DNA from: an uncultured archaeon
Lineage (GTDB): Archaea; Nanobdellota; Nanobdellia; Woesearchaeales; CAIVOO01
Length of the DNA: 64,000 bases
Reading direction: 5' to 3'
NCBI GenBank assembly: GCA_963845175.1
Contig: CAWJRI010000015.1
Coordinates: 21,316-85,315, forward strand
Position numbers and translations under genes: made by a program
Shown: piece by piece, positions 1 to 10,388 of the stretch
Layout: each line of letters starts with the position of its first letter
Numbering within the stretch: the first letter of the stretch is position 1
Notes under the pieces: model-generated
The model's input: the letters and a program-made list of their open reading frames with translations, nothing else
Database searches by the model: none
Told to the model about the DNA's origin: nothing

Positions 1-230
1 CAGTACCTGTTAAAAGTCCAAGAGTAATTATTGCAGATTTTTTCCAATCTTTCCAGCTAACCATTTTTTATACCTCCAACTAAAGTGAAATTATGCATCA
101 ACACCCTTTATTTAACCAGTAGTAACTGCCTTATATATAAACCTTTCTATTTTTACCATTCTGCAGTAGATAAACATATTTGCATAAAATTTATAAATAA
201 AACATTTTCATTTGAAGAAAGGGGGTTTAA

Positions 231-2987
231 ATGGCTGAAAAAGATGATATTTCAATAGACTTTGGAAAGATTACAAAGTTCTTCAAAAAAGAAAAAAGTC
301 CTGAAAAAAAGGAAGAAAAACATGCCGAAAAGAAGGAAGATAGGCATAACGTTGATGAAAAAGAAGTAAAGCACGAAATAAAGACAAAAAAAGATGAGGA
401 GATTTCATTTGACTTTGCTTCAATAAAAAACTTCTTTGTCAAGAATCACAAAATTCTGCTAATTCTGATTCCGTTGCTGATTGCAATTTTTGCAGGCACA
501 TACATAAGAATGCAGTCAATGTATTTGCCTATAACAGACAGCTGGGCAAAATCAACTGTTGATAATTACTATCAGTCACAGATAAAGGCACAGATAACAA
601 AACAATACCCGAATCTGCCTGATGCGAATAAGAATACCTTGATTGATCAGGAATTCCAGAAATTTACGGCGCAGAACAAGGACCAGATGAACACCCAGGT
701 TAAGGGGCTTTCTGAAAATTACAAGCAGCAGTTCAAGGACGAGAACGGCACTAATTACATGCCTGACATAGACCCTTATGTTTATTTAAGATACGCAAGG
801 AATTATATTGAGCACGGCTATATTGGCGACGAGATAAGGAACGGAACGCAGTGGGACAATCATATGGTTGCTCCGCTTGGAGTTCAGATAGGAACGCAGC
901 CCCACCCCTATACGCTTGCTTATATTTATAAATTTCTTCATATATTCGATTCAAAGATAACTCTGATGCAGGCAGCAGGCTATTTTCCCATAATATTTTC
1001 AATCCTTGCGATAATTCCTGCATTTTTCATAGGAAGACGGCTGGGCGGGGCAGTTGGCGGATTTTTTTCAGCGATATTTGTTGCAATTAGCGCAGCGTTT
1101 GTAAACAGGACACTCTGGGGTCACGCAGACACAGATGCCTATGAGATTTTTTTCCCGTTATTTGTTATCTGGTTTTTATTTGAGGCGCTGCATCAGAAAG
1201 AAACTAAAAAACAGGTTGCATACGCAGCTGTTTCAGCGCTTTTCCTTGCAGGGTTTGCAGTGTTCTGGAGCGGCTGGTGGTATATATTTGATTTCATCCT
1301 CGGCGCAGCAGGGCTTTATTTAATCTACCTTCTTATTGCGCAGTTAGGTGAAGGGCTGAATTTTGAAAAGCTAAAGAAGAATGACAAAATAGTGAATCTG
1401 GTGCAGGTTATGATTGTTTTTTTACTAGTGTCTGCAGTTTTTGTCTCGGCTGCCACAAGCTTCACAACATTTTATAATTCGCCGCTGCAGCCAATAGCTT
1501 TCTCAAAGTTGAAGGTTGCATCGTCTGCGACGCTCTGGCCGAATGTTTACACAACAGTTGCAGAGCTGAATCAGGCTTCATTAAGCCAGATAATAGACTC
1601 GATTGGCGGAACTTTCATCTTTATTGTATCCTTGCTTGGAATCCTTGCAATGTTTTTTGTAAAGGACAAAGAAGGAAAAATAGACACAAACTATTTTGTT
1701 TACGGCTTCCTGTGCATCCTCTGGTACATAGGAATAATTTATGCAAGCACAAAGGGAATAAGGTTCACGATGATGCTTGTACCTCCTTTTGCATTTGGCT
1801 TTGCAATGGCCATGTCATTTGTTTTTGACAAGGGCAGTGCCTACTTCAAAAAAAGCCTTGAAATCCCAAAATGGGTGACAGCCACATTAATTATAATAAT
1901 TTCATTGCTTTTCTTTGTCTATCCCGCTGCAAAGGCATCCCTGAGCATCGCTTCAAACGATGTTCCAATAGTTGATGATGCTTGGTACAATTCATTGGAT
2001 AAAATAAAGCTTGAGTCAGCGCCAAACGCGATAATAAACTCCTGGTGGGACTTCGGGCATTTCTTCAAGTACTATGCAGACAGGGCAGTAACCTTCGACG
2101 GTGCATCACAAAATACGCCGATGGCTCACTGGATTGGACAAGCGCTTCTGACAGAAAACGAAAGCCTTGCAGTCGGAATCCTGAGGATGCTTGACTGCGG
2201 TTCAAACAACGCATTTAAAACTTTAGATCAGTATATAAATGATACATCTGTATCAGCTGAAATGCTTGACAATGTTGTTGTGCTCGACAGAACAGATGCA
2301 AAGAACTATCTCATTGGCAAAAAGCTTTCAGAAAGCCAGGCAGAAAGTGTTCTCATGTACACTCATTGCAATCCGCCTGAGGATTACTTCATAACAAGCG
2401 GAGACATGGTCGGAAAGGGAGGGGTATGGGCGCATTTCGGCAGCTGGGACTTCAACAGGGCAGACATTTGGGTTTATGCAAAAAACATGCCGAAAGACGA
2501 AGCCATAAAATTTATTGTGAAAAACAGCAACGTTACCGAAAAGGATGCAGAGCAGCTTTATTATGAAGTTTCTGCAATAACAAATGAAAATGATGCGAAT
2601 AACTGGATAGCGCCTTGGCCGAACTATGCAGGAACTGCAAACTGCAATGAAATGAAAAATGAAACAGTTCAGTGCGCCAACGGAATTGAAATTAACATTA
2701 ACAAAAATGAGGTGAGTGTTCCGACGCAGCAGGGAACCATGTCGCCATCTTCCTTTGTCTACAAGAAAGGCGACGAAATAGCTGAAATAAAATACAATTC
2801 TTCATTCTCTTATTCAATGACATATTTTAACAACCAGATAGCCATGATGGATCCAAAGCTTGCAAAAAGCATGTTCACAACGCTATTCTACCTCAACGGA
2901 ACAGGGCTGAAGCACTTTGAAAAATTCAGCGATGAAACAGAAGTCTCAGGAGACAGGATAATTGTTTGGAAAATCAAATGGGAATAG
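231..2987 (+). CDS. aglB: Archaeal oligosaccharyltransferase AglB (STT3 family), multi-TM N-domain plus soluble C-domain
   Basis: 918 aa; N-terminal polytopic membrane region; catalytic WWDxG motif in 'NSWWDFGHFFKYY'; size and architecture typical of AglB/Stt3. Lys/Glu-rich N-terminal tail. Upstream 'tttataaata' (190-199) plus 'gaaagggggt' RBS-like. Confidence 0.8.
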   Translation: MAEKDDISIDFGKITKFFKKEKSPEKKEEKHAEKKEDRHNVDEKEVKHEIKTKKDEEISFDFASIKNFFVKNHKILLILIPLLIAIFAGTYIRMQSMYLPITDSWAKSTVDNYYQSQIKAQITKQYPNLPDANKNTLIDQEFQKFTAQNKDQMNTQVKGLSENYKQQFKDENGTNYMPDIDPYVYLRYARNYIEHGYIGDEIRNGTQWDNHMVAPLGVQIGTQPHPYTLAYIYKFLHIFDSKITLMQAAGYFPIIFSILAIIPAFFIGRRLGGAVGGFFSAIFVAISAAFVNRTLWGHADTDAYEIFFPLFVIWFLFEALHQKETKKQVAYAAVSALFLAGFAVFWSGWWYIFDFILGAAGLYLIYLLIAQLGEGLNFEKLKKNDKIVNLVQVMIVFLLVSAVFVSAATSFTTFYNSPLQPIAFSKLKVASSATLWPNVYTTVAELNQASLSQIIDSIGGTFIFIVSLLGILAMFFVKDKEGKIDTNYFVYGFLCILWYIGIIYASTKGIRFTMMLVPPFAFGFAMAMSFVFDKGSAYFKKSLEIPKWVTATLIIIISLLFFVYPAAKASLSIASNDVPIVDDAWYNSLDKIKLESAPNAIINSWWDFGHFFKYYADRAVTFDGASQNTPMAHWIGQALLTENESLAVGILRMLDCGSNNAFKTLDQYINDTSVSAEMLDNVVVLDRTDAKNYLIGKKLSESQAESVLMYTHCNPPEDYFITSGDMVGKGGVWAHFGSWDFNRADIWVYAKNMPKDEAIKFIVKNSNVTEKDAEQLYYEVSAITNENDANNWIAPWPNYAGTANCNEMKNETVQCANGIEININKNEVSVPTQQGTMSPSSFVYKKGDEIAEIKYNSSFSYSMTYFNNQIAMMDPKLAKSMFTTLFYLNGTGLKHFEKFSDETEVSGDRIIVWKIKWE

Positions 2988-4624
2988 AAAAACACGAAGA
3001 GATATCCATAAATTTTGAAAAATTTAAAAAAATAAAACTGCCCTATATTTTTCTTCTTCTGTTTTTAGTCTTGGGCATTTATTTAAGGGTTTATCATTTG
3101 AGTTTTCCTTCTATAGGTTATCATAATATGAAAGAAAATGAGTATTTGGACGAAGCAATTTTTTTTAATGAACAAGGCGACTTCCTTCACAGAAGAACTT
3201 TTAATTTTTGGGGCCTTGAAAACGGTCCAGGCTATTTTGAGGAGTACGCACAGATGCCTCTCATCCCATATGCCACAACTCTTTTCTGGAAAATCCTTGG
3301 AAGCGAGCCTTTATGGGCTCCAAGGATGCTTATGATACTTTCAATGCTTGGCTCGATAGTCACAATCTACCTTGTTACTAAAAAATTATTTAATAATGAG
3401 TATATCTCGCTTTTGAGCTCATTTTTGCTTTCGGTCATGCCTCTTGGGATTTATTTTGGGAGGAATATACAGCCGGAAAGCCCCGCGCTTCTCTTCATGC
3501 TTCTTGGCTTTAACTTTTATCTGAATTGGATAAAAACATTTGAGAAAAAACAGATTTTGTATTCAACATTGTTCTTTGGGATAATGTCTTTGTTTAAATA
3601 TACGTTTTTAATTGCATTGGTTCCCGTGGCATTTATTTTTCCTTTTAAGAAATTTTTTTCTTTAAAGACAAAAGAAAAGTTCACACAGACACTGTACGCA
3701 TTTTTAGGATTTATTCCTTTTTTATTTTTTCAAACTCTATATGAAGTTACTATCCAGGATCGGACAAAGATAGCCCCTGAACTTTCGTTGCAAAAATTTT
3801 CAAGTTTTATCACTTCAAGTTATTGGGCAAAAACCTGGCCTTCACTTGCTTCATACATTAGAGACAACTTTACCTGGTGGTTTTTCTGGTTCGCAATTAT
3901 CGGGCTGCTGTTCATACTATTAAAATATAGAACACAATTTTCAAAATTCCTGATTGGGTACGCTGCTTCAGCATTTATCTACGGATTACTTCTTACTTCA
4001 AAAATAGGCGGGCACAGCTATTATCAGATGCCTTATCTGCCATTGGTTTGCATTTTAAGCGCATATTTTTTCTTTAATCTGGGGGCGTTTATGAAACAGA
4101 TTTTTAAAATAAAATATTTAATTTATGTCCCACTTTTACTGATGCTGCTTACAATTCCAGAAATGCAGGCTGCAAACGACAGGGTCTGGAACACAATATT
4201 TTACGGGCAGGATATTGTAGGACAATATATAAAAATGAATACAAATGATTCTGAAAGATTCTTTAATCTTGGGCAATCCCAGTCATATGCTGTATGCACT
4301 TATGCAAGAAGAAGATGCAGTAATTTTAATAATCTGTCACAGCTTATTGAATTGGAAAATAAATTCAATATCAGATATATGAATATTGATAGCTATTCAA
4401 TGTCGCAATTACTTGAGCAGAACAGCACACTGAATTATATAGAAAATAATTATAAAATTGAGCTTTTGGGCGCGATAAAAGAAGGGAATAATCTGGTTCC
4501 AGTTAATTTTCTCTTAAAAAGAGGCGGAAAATTTAATTTTACTGAAATGAACCAAAAAACCCCAAAACTTGCAGAAGTTTATCAAATAAAGGGAGGAGAA
4601 GTTGAATTTTATATTCTAAAATAA
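2966..4624 (+). CDS. GT-C fold membrane glycosyltransferase (ArnT/PMT-like, GT39/GT83 family)
   Basis: 552 aa, more than 10 predicted TM helices, N-terminal 'YLRVYHLSFPSIGYHNMKENEYLDEA' resembles Dol-P/undecaprenyl-P sugar transferases; overlaps aglB stop by 22 nt (operon). Confidence 0.5.
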   Translation: MENQMGIEKHEEISINFEKFKKIKLPYIFLLLFLVLGIYLRVYHLSFPSIGYHNMKENEYLDEAIFFNEQGDFLHRRTFNFWGLENGPGYFEEYAQMPLIPYATTLFWKILGSEPLWAPRMLMILSMLGSIVTIYLVTKKLFNNEYISLLSSFLLSVMPLGIYFGRNIQPESPALLFMLLGFNFYLNWIKTFEKKQILYSTLFFGIMSLFKYTFLIALVPVAFIFPFKKFFSLKTKEKFTQTLYAFLGFIPFLFFQTLYEVTIQDRTKIAPELSLQKFSSFITSSYWAKTWPSLASYIRDNFTWWFFWFAIIGLLFILLKYRTQFSKFLIGYAASAFIYGLLLTSKIGGHSYYQMPYLPLVCILSAYFFFNLGAFMKQIFKIKYLIYVPLLLMLLTIPEMQAANDRVWNTIFYGQDIVGQYIKMNTNDSERFFNLGQSQSYAVCTYARRRCSNFNNLSQLIELENKFNIRYMNIDSYSMSQLLEQNSTLNYIENNYKIELLGAIKEGNNLVPVNFLLKRGGKFNFTEMNQKTPKLAEVYQIKGGEVEFYILK

Positions 4625-4628
4625 CTAA

Positions 4629-6608
4629 ATGATTAAACTAAAACTCAAGAAAAAGGAGATCCTTCTTTATGGCGTATTAATCCTAATAATTATTTTTTCA
4701 ATTTCTGCCTGGTTCAAGCAGGGCATTCCAGCAACAGATGATTTCCGGAGCCACCTTACAAAATTCTGGTATATTAAATATTCTTACGAAACTTATGGAA
4801 AATTTCTCGAATGGATGCCGTTTATTTATTCAGGCTGGCCTCTGACACATTTCTATCATCCGCTTTCTTACTATCTCTCGCTCCCTTTAATGCTTTTGAT
4901 GAAACCCGTTGCTTCGTTAAAGGCAAGCGTAGCGCTTTCATTTATTCTTTCAGCAATTGCAATGTTTTATTCTGCAAATCTACTTTTTAAAAAGAAGGAA
5001 ATTGCCTTGGTTGCAGCTGCTATTTATCTGTTTATGCCCATGCACTTCGAATTTGCTTACCTCTCAGGCTCTATCTCAAGGCTGTGGGCATATGTCTTTT
5101 TGCCGCTGGCAATTGCATTTTTCATAAAGCTTATTGAAGAAAATTCATTAAAGTATACCATATTCGGGGCTTTGTCGTTCACCATATTAATGCTATCGGA
5201 TCTTAACATAGCCTTCACATTAGCAGTAATCATGATTTTTTATTTGGTTTATCACCTGATTAAAACCAAAAAGCTTGGGATAAAAAATCTTTCAGTGTTC
5301 GCCCTCCTAATAATTCTTCTTTCATCGTTCTGGCTTTTTCCGACGCTTTTTGAAAGTCAGCAATCAACTACAATGGGTCTTGTAGAAAAGGTTTTTGTCT
5401 CGCCATATAATCCTGTTCCCTATAAATCCTTATTTGTGAGAGATTTTGGATTAAAAAAAGTTGGAGACCAAACAGTCAGATATTTCTATTATGGCTATGT
5501 GCTTTTGGCTCTTGTGATACTTTCAGCAGTTATCACAAAATTTGAGTATAGAATTCCATTCCTTATTTTGTCAGCAATCTGCTTTTTGTTTTCCACTATG
5601 CCTAAAATACTGATTTTGCTTCCATTTTCAAGTCTTATCATGATGAATTATTATTTTATATTGGTCTCGCTTCCGTTGCTTGCAATGCTTGCAGGCGCTG
5701 TGTCTTATGCATTGTCAAATTTCAACAAAAAATACTCTTTCCTGATTTTAATTGCGATCATTGCATTATTCTTGATTGATGTTGCCCCTGCACAGAGCAC
5801 CTACTCCTGGTCAAATAACCCCACTGAAAATTATCTAAACCCGCCCGCAATTCTTGATGCGTACAACTTCGTTAAAAATCAACCAGGGCTTTTCAGGGTA
5901 GATTCGTTAGTTGGGGAAGTGCCTTACATCTATACTGAAAAAATGGAAATAGGTTTTGGCTGGATGGGTTATAGGCAAGGTGCACTGAAGCCAATGAGAG
6001 ATATAAGTGATGACATTTTTGACAGGATCAATAAAAATATTTCTGACGAAAAAACAGCAGAAGTCCTTGGCTATCTGGGAGACAAGTATTATGTGCTACC
6101 TTGCATACAAAATTTTACTTTCAAAACTGCTTATTCAAATGGAGCAGTATGTGTTTATGAAAATCCTGATTTCAAACCCCTGATAATCTCGCCAGATAAT
6201 ATAATCAAAAACAAAAATCCAGATGTTTTCAGTATGCAGCTGAACAATTCAGCAATTCTTTTGGAAGCCTGCGAGAATGACTGCACTATGAAAAATAATG
6301 TTGCAGAGATTAAAAATATTAAATTTGAGCCAGAAGATATAAGCTTTGAAACATCATCTAAAAATGAAAGTTATGTGTTAGTTAAAAGCACCTATTTTAA
6401 GCCCCACTGGAAAGCTTACATTAACGGCAAAGAAGCAGAAATTAAAGAAGCTTGGCCGATTTACATGCTGATTAAGGTTCCTGCGGGCGAAAACACAATA
6501 GAATTAAAATATGAGAACAATTTAATCCATATAATTAGTGGGCTTGTATCAGGTTTGACAATTTTGGCATTAATTGTATTATTAATCTACAAGAGAAAGA
6601 AAAAATGA
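4629..6608 (+). CDS. Polytopic membrane protein, YfhO-like GT-C glycosyltransferase candidate
   Basis: 659 aa; about 12 TM N-domain followed by soluble beta-rich C-domain and C-terminal TM anchor; sits in the glycosylation operon. Confidence 0.4.
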   Translation: MIKLKLKKKEILLYGVLILIIIFSISAWFKQGIPATDDFRSHLTKFWYIKYSYETYGKFLEWMPFIYSGWPLTHFYHPLSYYLSLPLMLLMKPVASLKASVALSFILSAIAMFYSANLLFKKKEIALVAAAIYLFMPMHFEFAYLSGSISRLWAYVFLPLAIAFFIKLIEENSLKYTIFGALSFTILMLSDLNIAFTLAVIMIFYLVYHLIKTKKLGIKNLSVFALLIILLSSFWLFPTLFESQQSTTMGLVEKVFVSPYNPVPYKSLFVRDFGLKKVGDQTVRYFYYGYVLLALVILSAVITKFEYRIPFLILSAICFLFSTMPKILILLPFSSLIMMNYYFILVSLPLLAMLAGAVSYALSNFNKKYSFLILIAIIALFLIDVAPAQSTYSWSNNPTENYLNPPAILDAYNFVKNQPGLFRVDSLVGEVPYIYTEKMEIGFGWMGYRQGALKPMRDISDDIFDRINKNISDEKTAEVLGYLGDKYYVLPCIQNFTFKTAYSNGAVCVYENPDFKPLIISPDNIIKNKNPDVFSMQLNNSAILLEACENDCTMKNNVAEIKNIKFEPEDISFETSSKNESYVLVKSTYFKPHWKAYINGKEAEIKEAWPIYMLIKVPAGENTIELKYENNLIHIISGLVSGLTILALIVLLIYKRKKK

Positions 6609-7309
6609 AGCTATCAATAATAATTCCCGCATACAACGAGGAAAAGAGAATAATTTCAAGCTTGAATAAGATTTACAATTACCTTAACAAGAAGCAAATT
6701 GACTACGAGGTTGTTATTGTTAATGATGGAAGCAGAGATAATACAGTTGATGTTATTAAGAAAATAAAAAATAATAAAACAACAATAATTAACAATAAAA
6801 TAAACAAGGGAAAGGGTCATGCAGTTAAAACAGGCATGCTGAATGCGAAAGGTGATTTGTTGCTTTTTACAGACTCTGATTTGTCAACACCAATTGAAGA
6901 ACTTGACAAATTAATGAGGTACATAGACAATTATGACATTGTAATTGGTTCAAGATCACTTCAGGCATCAGATGTCAAGAAAAAACAGGCATTTTACAAG
7001 GTTTGGCTTGGCAGGCTCGGAAACAAGGCAATACAATTGCTCGCTGTTCCGGGCATAAAAGACACACAATGCGGTTTTAAGCTTTATAAGAGGAAATGTT
7101 TAAATATATTCAAAAAACAGACAATAAATAGATGGGGGTTTGACTTCGAGATACTGTTCTTGGCAAGAAAATTAGGTTACAAGATAAAGGAAGTGCCTGT
7201 TGTCTGGGTTAATGCAGAAGGCAGCAAGGTCAAGGCCCTTGACTACCCAAAAACATTTTTGGAGTTGCTTAAGATAAGGTGGAATGATTTATGCGGAAAA
7301 TACAAATAA
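6605..7309 (+). CDS. GT2 family glycosyltransferase (dolichyl-phosphate hexosyltransferase-like)
   Basis: 'IIIPAYNEEKRI', 'VIVNDGSRDNT', 'TDSDLS' DxD-type motifs of Dpm1/ArnC-like GT2 enzymes; 4-nt overlap with upstream gene. Confidence 0.7.
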   Translation: MKLSIIIPAYNEEKRIISSLNKIYNYLNKKQIDYEVVIVNDGSRDNTVDVIKKIKNNKTTIINNKINKGKGHAVKTGMLNAKGDLLLFTDSDLSTPIEELDKLMRYIDNYDIVIGSRSLQASDVKKKQAFYKVWLGRLGNKAIQLLAVPGIKDTQCGFKLYKRKCLNIFKKQTINRWGFDFEILFLARKLGYKIKEVPVVWVNAEGSKVKALDYPKTFLELLKIRWNDLCGKYK

Positions 7310-7650
7310 ACAAAAAAATTGCTGCATTGGTTTTCATTGCCTGTGCATTTTTAGGTGCAGTTGGCCAGCTTTTCTTTAAGTTTGGAGCTGCAGGAATAAC
7401 ATCTAATATTTTTAGCTGGATTTTTAACTGGCAGCTAATCCTTGGTTTATTCTTGTACGGGATTGGAACTTTGGTTTTTACTTTCATGCTTAAGAAGGCA
7501 GACCTTTCATTTGCTTACCCAATTATAGCAACAAGCTATATCTGGGTTGCACTTTTTTCATTTTTCATACTGAAAGAAGCAATGCATCCGTCAAATTGGG
7601 CAGGCATAATCTTAATAATTATCGGAGGAAGCTTGGCAACAAAAAAATAA
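7291..7650 (+). CDS. Small 4-TM EamA/SMR-like membrane protein (ArnE/ArnF-like flippase subunit)
   Basis: 119 aa, 4 TM helices, similar to adjacent paralog; placement between two Dol-P-type GT2 genes mirrors the bacterial arnC-arnE-arnF arrangement. Confidence 0.5.
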   Translation: MRKIQINKKIAALVFIACAFLGAVGQLFFKFGAAGITSNIFSWIFNWQLILGLFLYGIGTLVFTFMLKKADLSFAYPIIATSYIWVALFSFFILKEAMHPSNWAGIILIIIGGSLATKK

Positions 7651-7651
7651 A

Positions 7652-7990
7652 ATGCTGGCAACAATAATTTTAATGGTCATAAGCTCAATCCTTGGGGCAC
7701 TGGGAGTGCTTTTTTTCAAATTTGCCTCAAAAAAAGTTTCATTTAATATTTTTTCATGGCTCTTCAACCTGAAATTCGTGCTGGGACTGTTGTTTTATGG
7801 CCTTTCATTCATTGCAATGATTATTGCCATGAAGTTGACATACCTCTCAATAGTTTATCCACTTTTTGCATTATCATATATTTGGGTTGCACTGTTATCA
7901 CATTATGTTTTAAAGGAGAAGCTGTATTTTAAAAACTGGATTGGATTTATACTAATAATGATTGGAATAGCATTAACAACAATAAAATGA
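7652..7990 (+). CDS. Small 4-TM EamA/SMR-like membrane protein, tandem paralog of 7291..7650
   Basis: 112 aa; shares 'NIFSWxFNxxxxLGLxxYG...YIWVALxS' with the preceding ORF. Confidence 0.5.
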   Translation: MLATIILMVISSILGALGVLFFKFASKKVSFNIFSWLFNLKFVLGLLFYGLSFIAMIIAMKLTYLSIVYPLFALSYIWVALLSHYVLKEKLYFKNWIGFILIMIGIALTTIK

Positions 7991-8655
7991 AAACCTACAT
8001 TGTAATTCCTGCATATAATGAAGAGAAAACAGTAGTTTCAGTAATCAAAGGGCTGAAAAAGGAAGGATATGATAATATAATTGTTGTTGATGACGGCAGC
8101 AAAGATAGGACATACAAGCTTGCTTCAAAAGAAAATGTAATTTTACTTTATCATGTTTTGAACAGGGGGCTTGGAGCTGCATTGGGAACAGGAATAAGGG
8201 CAGCGATTGAAGAAGGCGCAGACATAATAGTGACATTTGATGCAGATGGACAGCACAATCCAAAGGATGTTAAAAGAGTTACAGAGCAAATAAAAAAAGG
8301 AAATGATGTTGTTATTGGTTCAAGGCTTCTCGACACAAAAGGCATGCCTTGGTACAGGGTTGTGCAGAATTTCATAGGCAATGTAGTTACTTACCTGCTT
8401 TTTGGAGTTTGGACAACTGATTCGCAGTCTGGCCTGAGAGCATTTTCAAGAGAAGCTGCCCAGAAAATAAGAATAAAGACAAACAAAATGGAGGTTTCTT
8501 CTGAAATAATCGGAGAGATTGGCAGGAATAAATTAAAATTCAAGGAAGTGCCGATAAAGCCGATCTATACAAAATATTCTCTTTCAAAAGGCCAAAGTTT
8601 GCTCGTGGGAATAAAAACATTTTTAAAGCTTGTATTAAGAAGAATAATGGGGTGA
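7987..8655 (+). CDS. GT2 family glycosyltransferase (ArnC/DPM1-like polyprenyl-phosphate sugar transferase)
   Basis: 'YIVIPAYNEEKTV', 'IIVVDDGSKDRT', 'TFDADGQH' motifs; C-terminal amphipathic/TM tail. Confidence 0.7.
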   Translation: MKTYIVIPAYNEEKTVVSVIKGLKKEGYDNIIVVDDGSKDRTYKLASKENVILLYHVLNRGLGAALGTGIRAAIEEGADIIVTFDADGQHNPKDVKRVTEQIKKGNDVVIGSRLLDTKGMPWYRVVQNFIGNVVTYLLFGVWTTDSQSGLRAFSREAAQKIRIKTNKMEVSSEIIGEIGRNKLKFKEVPIKPIYTKYSLSKGQSLLVGIKTFLKLVLRRIMG

Positions 8656-8659
8656 GAAG

Positions 8660-8992
8660 ATGATAAGCATTTTGCAGATAGTAGTCGTGCTTTTTGCGCT
8701 TTTTGCATTGAGCAGGGCTTTTTTGAGGTTCAAGGACAGCAAAATAACAAAAAAAGAACTGGCATTGTGGGCAATAGTCTGGATTGCAGCGATAATAGTA
8801 ATATTGATTCCGGGCACAACATCAACTGTGGCGAAAATATTCGGCGTTACAAGAGGGGCAGATATTGTGGTTTATTTTAGCATAATCCTGCTCTTCTATC
8901 TTGTATTCAGGATTTATGTCAAGCTTGAATCAATTGAGCAGGAAATAACAAAGGTTGTCAGGGAAGTCGCAATTAAGAAAAAGAAAAAATGA
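8660..8992 (+). CDS. Small membrane protein, DUF2304-like (GT2-associated)
   Basis: 110 aa, 3 TM, Lys-rich tail; this family is typically found immediately downstream of ArnC-like GT2 genes. Confidence 0.4.
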   Translation: MISILQIVVVLFALFALSRAFLRFKDSKITKKELALWAIVWIAAIIVILIPGTTSTVAKIFGVTRGADIVVYFSIILLFYLVFRIYVKLESIEQEITKVVREVAIKKKKK

Positions 8993-10104
8993 TTGAGCTG
9001 CAGAGGGGAATTGACAAATATATCGGGGGTTTGCTGTGCATCCTGTTCGGGATAATCAGCAAACTGTTCTTTTTTATCAAGCATAAAAAATCAAATAAAA
9101 TTCTTGTGATAAGATTATGGGCAGTTGGCGAAGCTATTCTGACGCTGCCGATGATCCATGTATTGAGGAAGAAATTTCCAAAAGCAGAAATAACTGTGCT
9201 TTGCAGAGAGAGAGTGAAGGACGTTTTTTATGGAAACAAGGATATTGATGATTTGCTGATTTTTGAGCCGGGAAATTTCCTGGCGTTGCTCAAGAACATC
9301 AGGCATTTTGATGTTTCATTTGACACAGAGCCATTTTTTAGGCTGTCTGCGCTGCTCAGCTTGTTTTTTTCAGCAAGAAGAATAGGATTTTCAGGATCTA
9401 TTAGGTCTTTGCTTTACACAGACAAAGTAAAGTTCAATGATAGGCAGCATGAAGTGCTTACATTCCTTGACCTTTCAAAAGAACTAGGAGCTTATTACAA
9501 GCCAAAAGAACTGATACCATTAAATTATTCTGAAGATGACAGGAAAATTGTTGAAAAAGTTCTTAAAGAGAATAAAATATCAAAAAATGACTTTGTTATC
9601 GGGATAACACCCGGAGCAGCTGAATCAGCAAGATTCAGGATGTGGGCAAAAGAAAGGTTTGCAGAGCTGGCTGATATTTTGGTTGAAAAATACAACGCAA
9701 AAATAGTTTTTGTTGGCGCAAAGTCAGATGAAAGTGTCATTAAAGGCGTTCAGGGGCTGATGAAAAAACATTCAATAAGCATTGCAGGAAAAACTAACCT
9801 CAGGCAGACATTTTATTTGGTCAAAAAATGCAGAATATTTATAAGCAACGATACAGGGCCGATGCATATAGCAGCTGCCCAAGGCGTAAAGACAATAGGG
9901 CTTTTCGGGCCTAATCTGCCTGACAGGTTTGCGCCCTACGGACCCAAAAATATTTCGGTTTACAAGAAGGTTGAATGCAGCCCCTGCATAAATGTGCATC
10001 TGGGGCAGGTGCCGAAGGAGTGCAAAAGGAAAAAGAATAAATATCTCTGTATGAACCTGATACAGGTAAAGGATGTTTTAGAGGCAGTTGAAAGGCTAAA
10101 ATGA
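8989..10104 (+). CDS. GT9 family glycosyltransferase (heptosyltransferase-like)
   Basis: 371 aa; N-terminal 'ILVIRLWAVGEAILTLPMIHVLRKKFPKAEITVLC' and C-terminal 'ISNDTGPMHIAAAQGVKTIGLFGP' match RfaF/WaaC-type ADP-heptose transferases. Confidence 0.65.
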   Translation: MIELQRGIDKYIGGLLCILFGIISKLFFFIKHKKSNKILVIRLWAVGEAILTLPMIHVLRKKFPKAEITVLCRERVKDVFYGNKDIDDLLIFEPGNFLALLKNIRHFDVSFDTEPFFRLSALLSLFFSARRIGFSGSIRSLLYTDKVKFNDRQHEVLTFLDLSKELGAYYKPKELIPLNYSEDDRKIVEKVLKENKISKNDFVIGITPGAAESARFRMWAKERFAELADILVEKYNAKIVFVGAKSDESVIKGVQGLMKKHSISIAGKTNLRQTFYLVKKCRIFISNDTGPMHIAAAQGVKTIGLFGPNLPDRFAPYGPKNISVYKKVECSPCINVHLGQVPKECKRKKNKYLCMNLIQVKDVLEAVERLK

Positions 10105-10388
10105 ATGAAAAAATAGACAAACCTTGGGGATACGAAATAATCCTTCACCAAAACCCTTTTTATGTTATAAAGATGATTCATGTGAATAAGGGGCACAGAC
10201 TTTCCAAACAATATCATAACAACAAATACGAAACCTGGATTTTTCCAGATGGAAGGATGCAGCACATAAGACCGAAAGAAATACACCGTTTAGAGGCTAA
10301 AAACGAGGATATATCTGTAATAGAAATAAGCAGCCCACATCTGGATGATGTAGTTAGATTAGAAGATGATTATGGACGGATAAAATGA
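10101..10388 (+). CDS. Small cupin-domain protein (mannose-6-P isomerase type II C-terminal-like)
   Basis: 95 aa; 'KPWGYEIIL...[20 protein letters not shown]' cupin motif 1 signature; start overlaps upstream stop (ATGA). Confidence 0.5.
   Translation: MNEKIDKPWGYEIILHQNPFYVIKMIHVNKGHRLSKQYHNNKYETWIFPDGRMQHIRPKEIHRLEAKNEDISVIEISSPHLDDVVRLEDDYGRIK

Noticed and set aside
751-1023. Short antisense/alternative-frame ORFs inside aglB and other genes (e.g. 751..1023-, 1135..1323+, 33510..33917+, 49029..51158+ set)
   Set aside because: They are fully embedded in much longer, motif-bearing genes on the other strand or frame. These are shadow ORFs.
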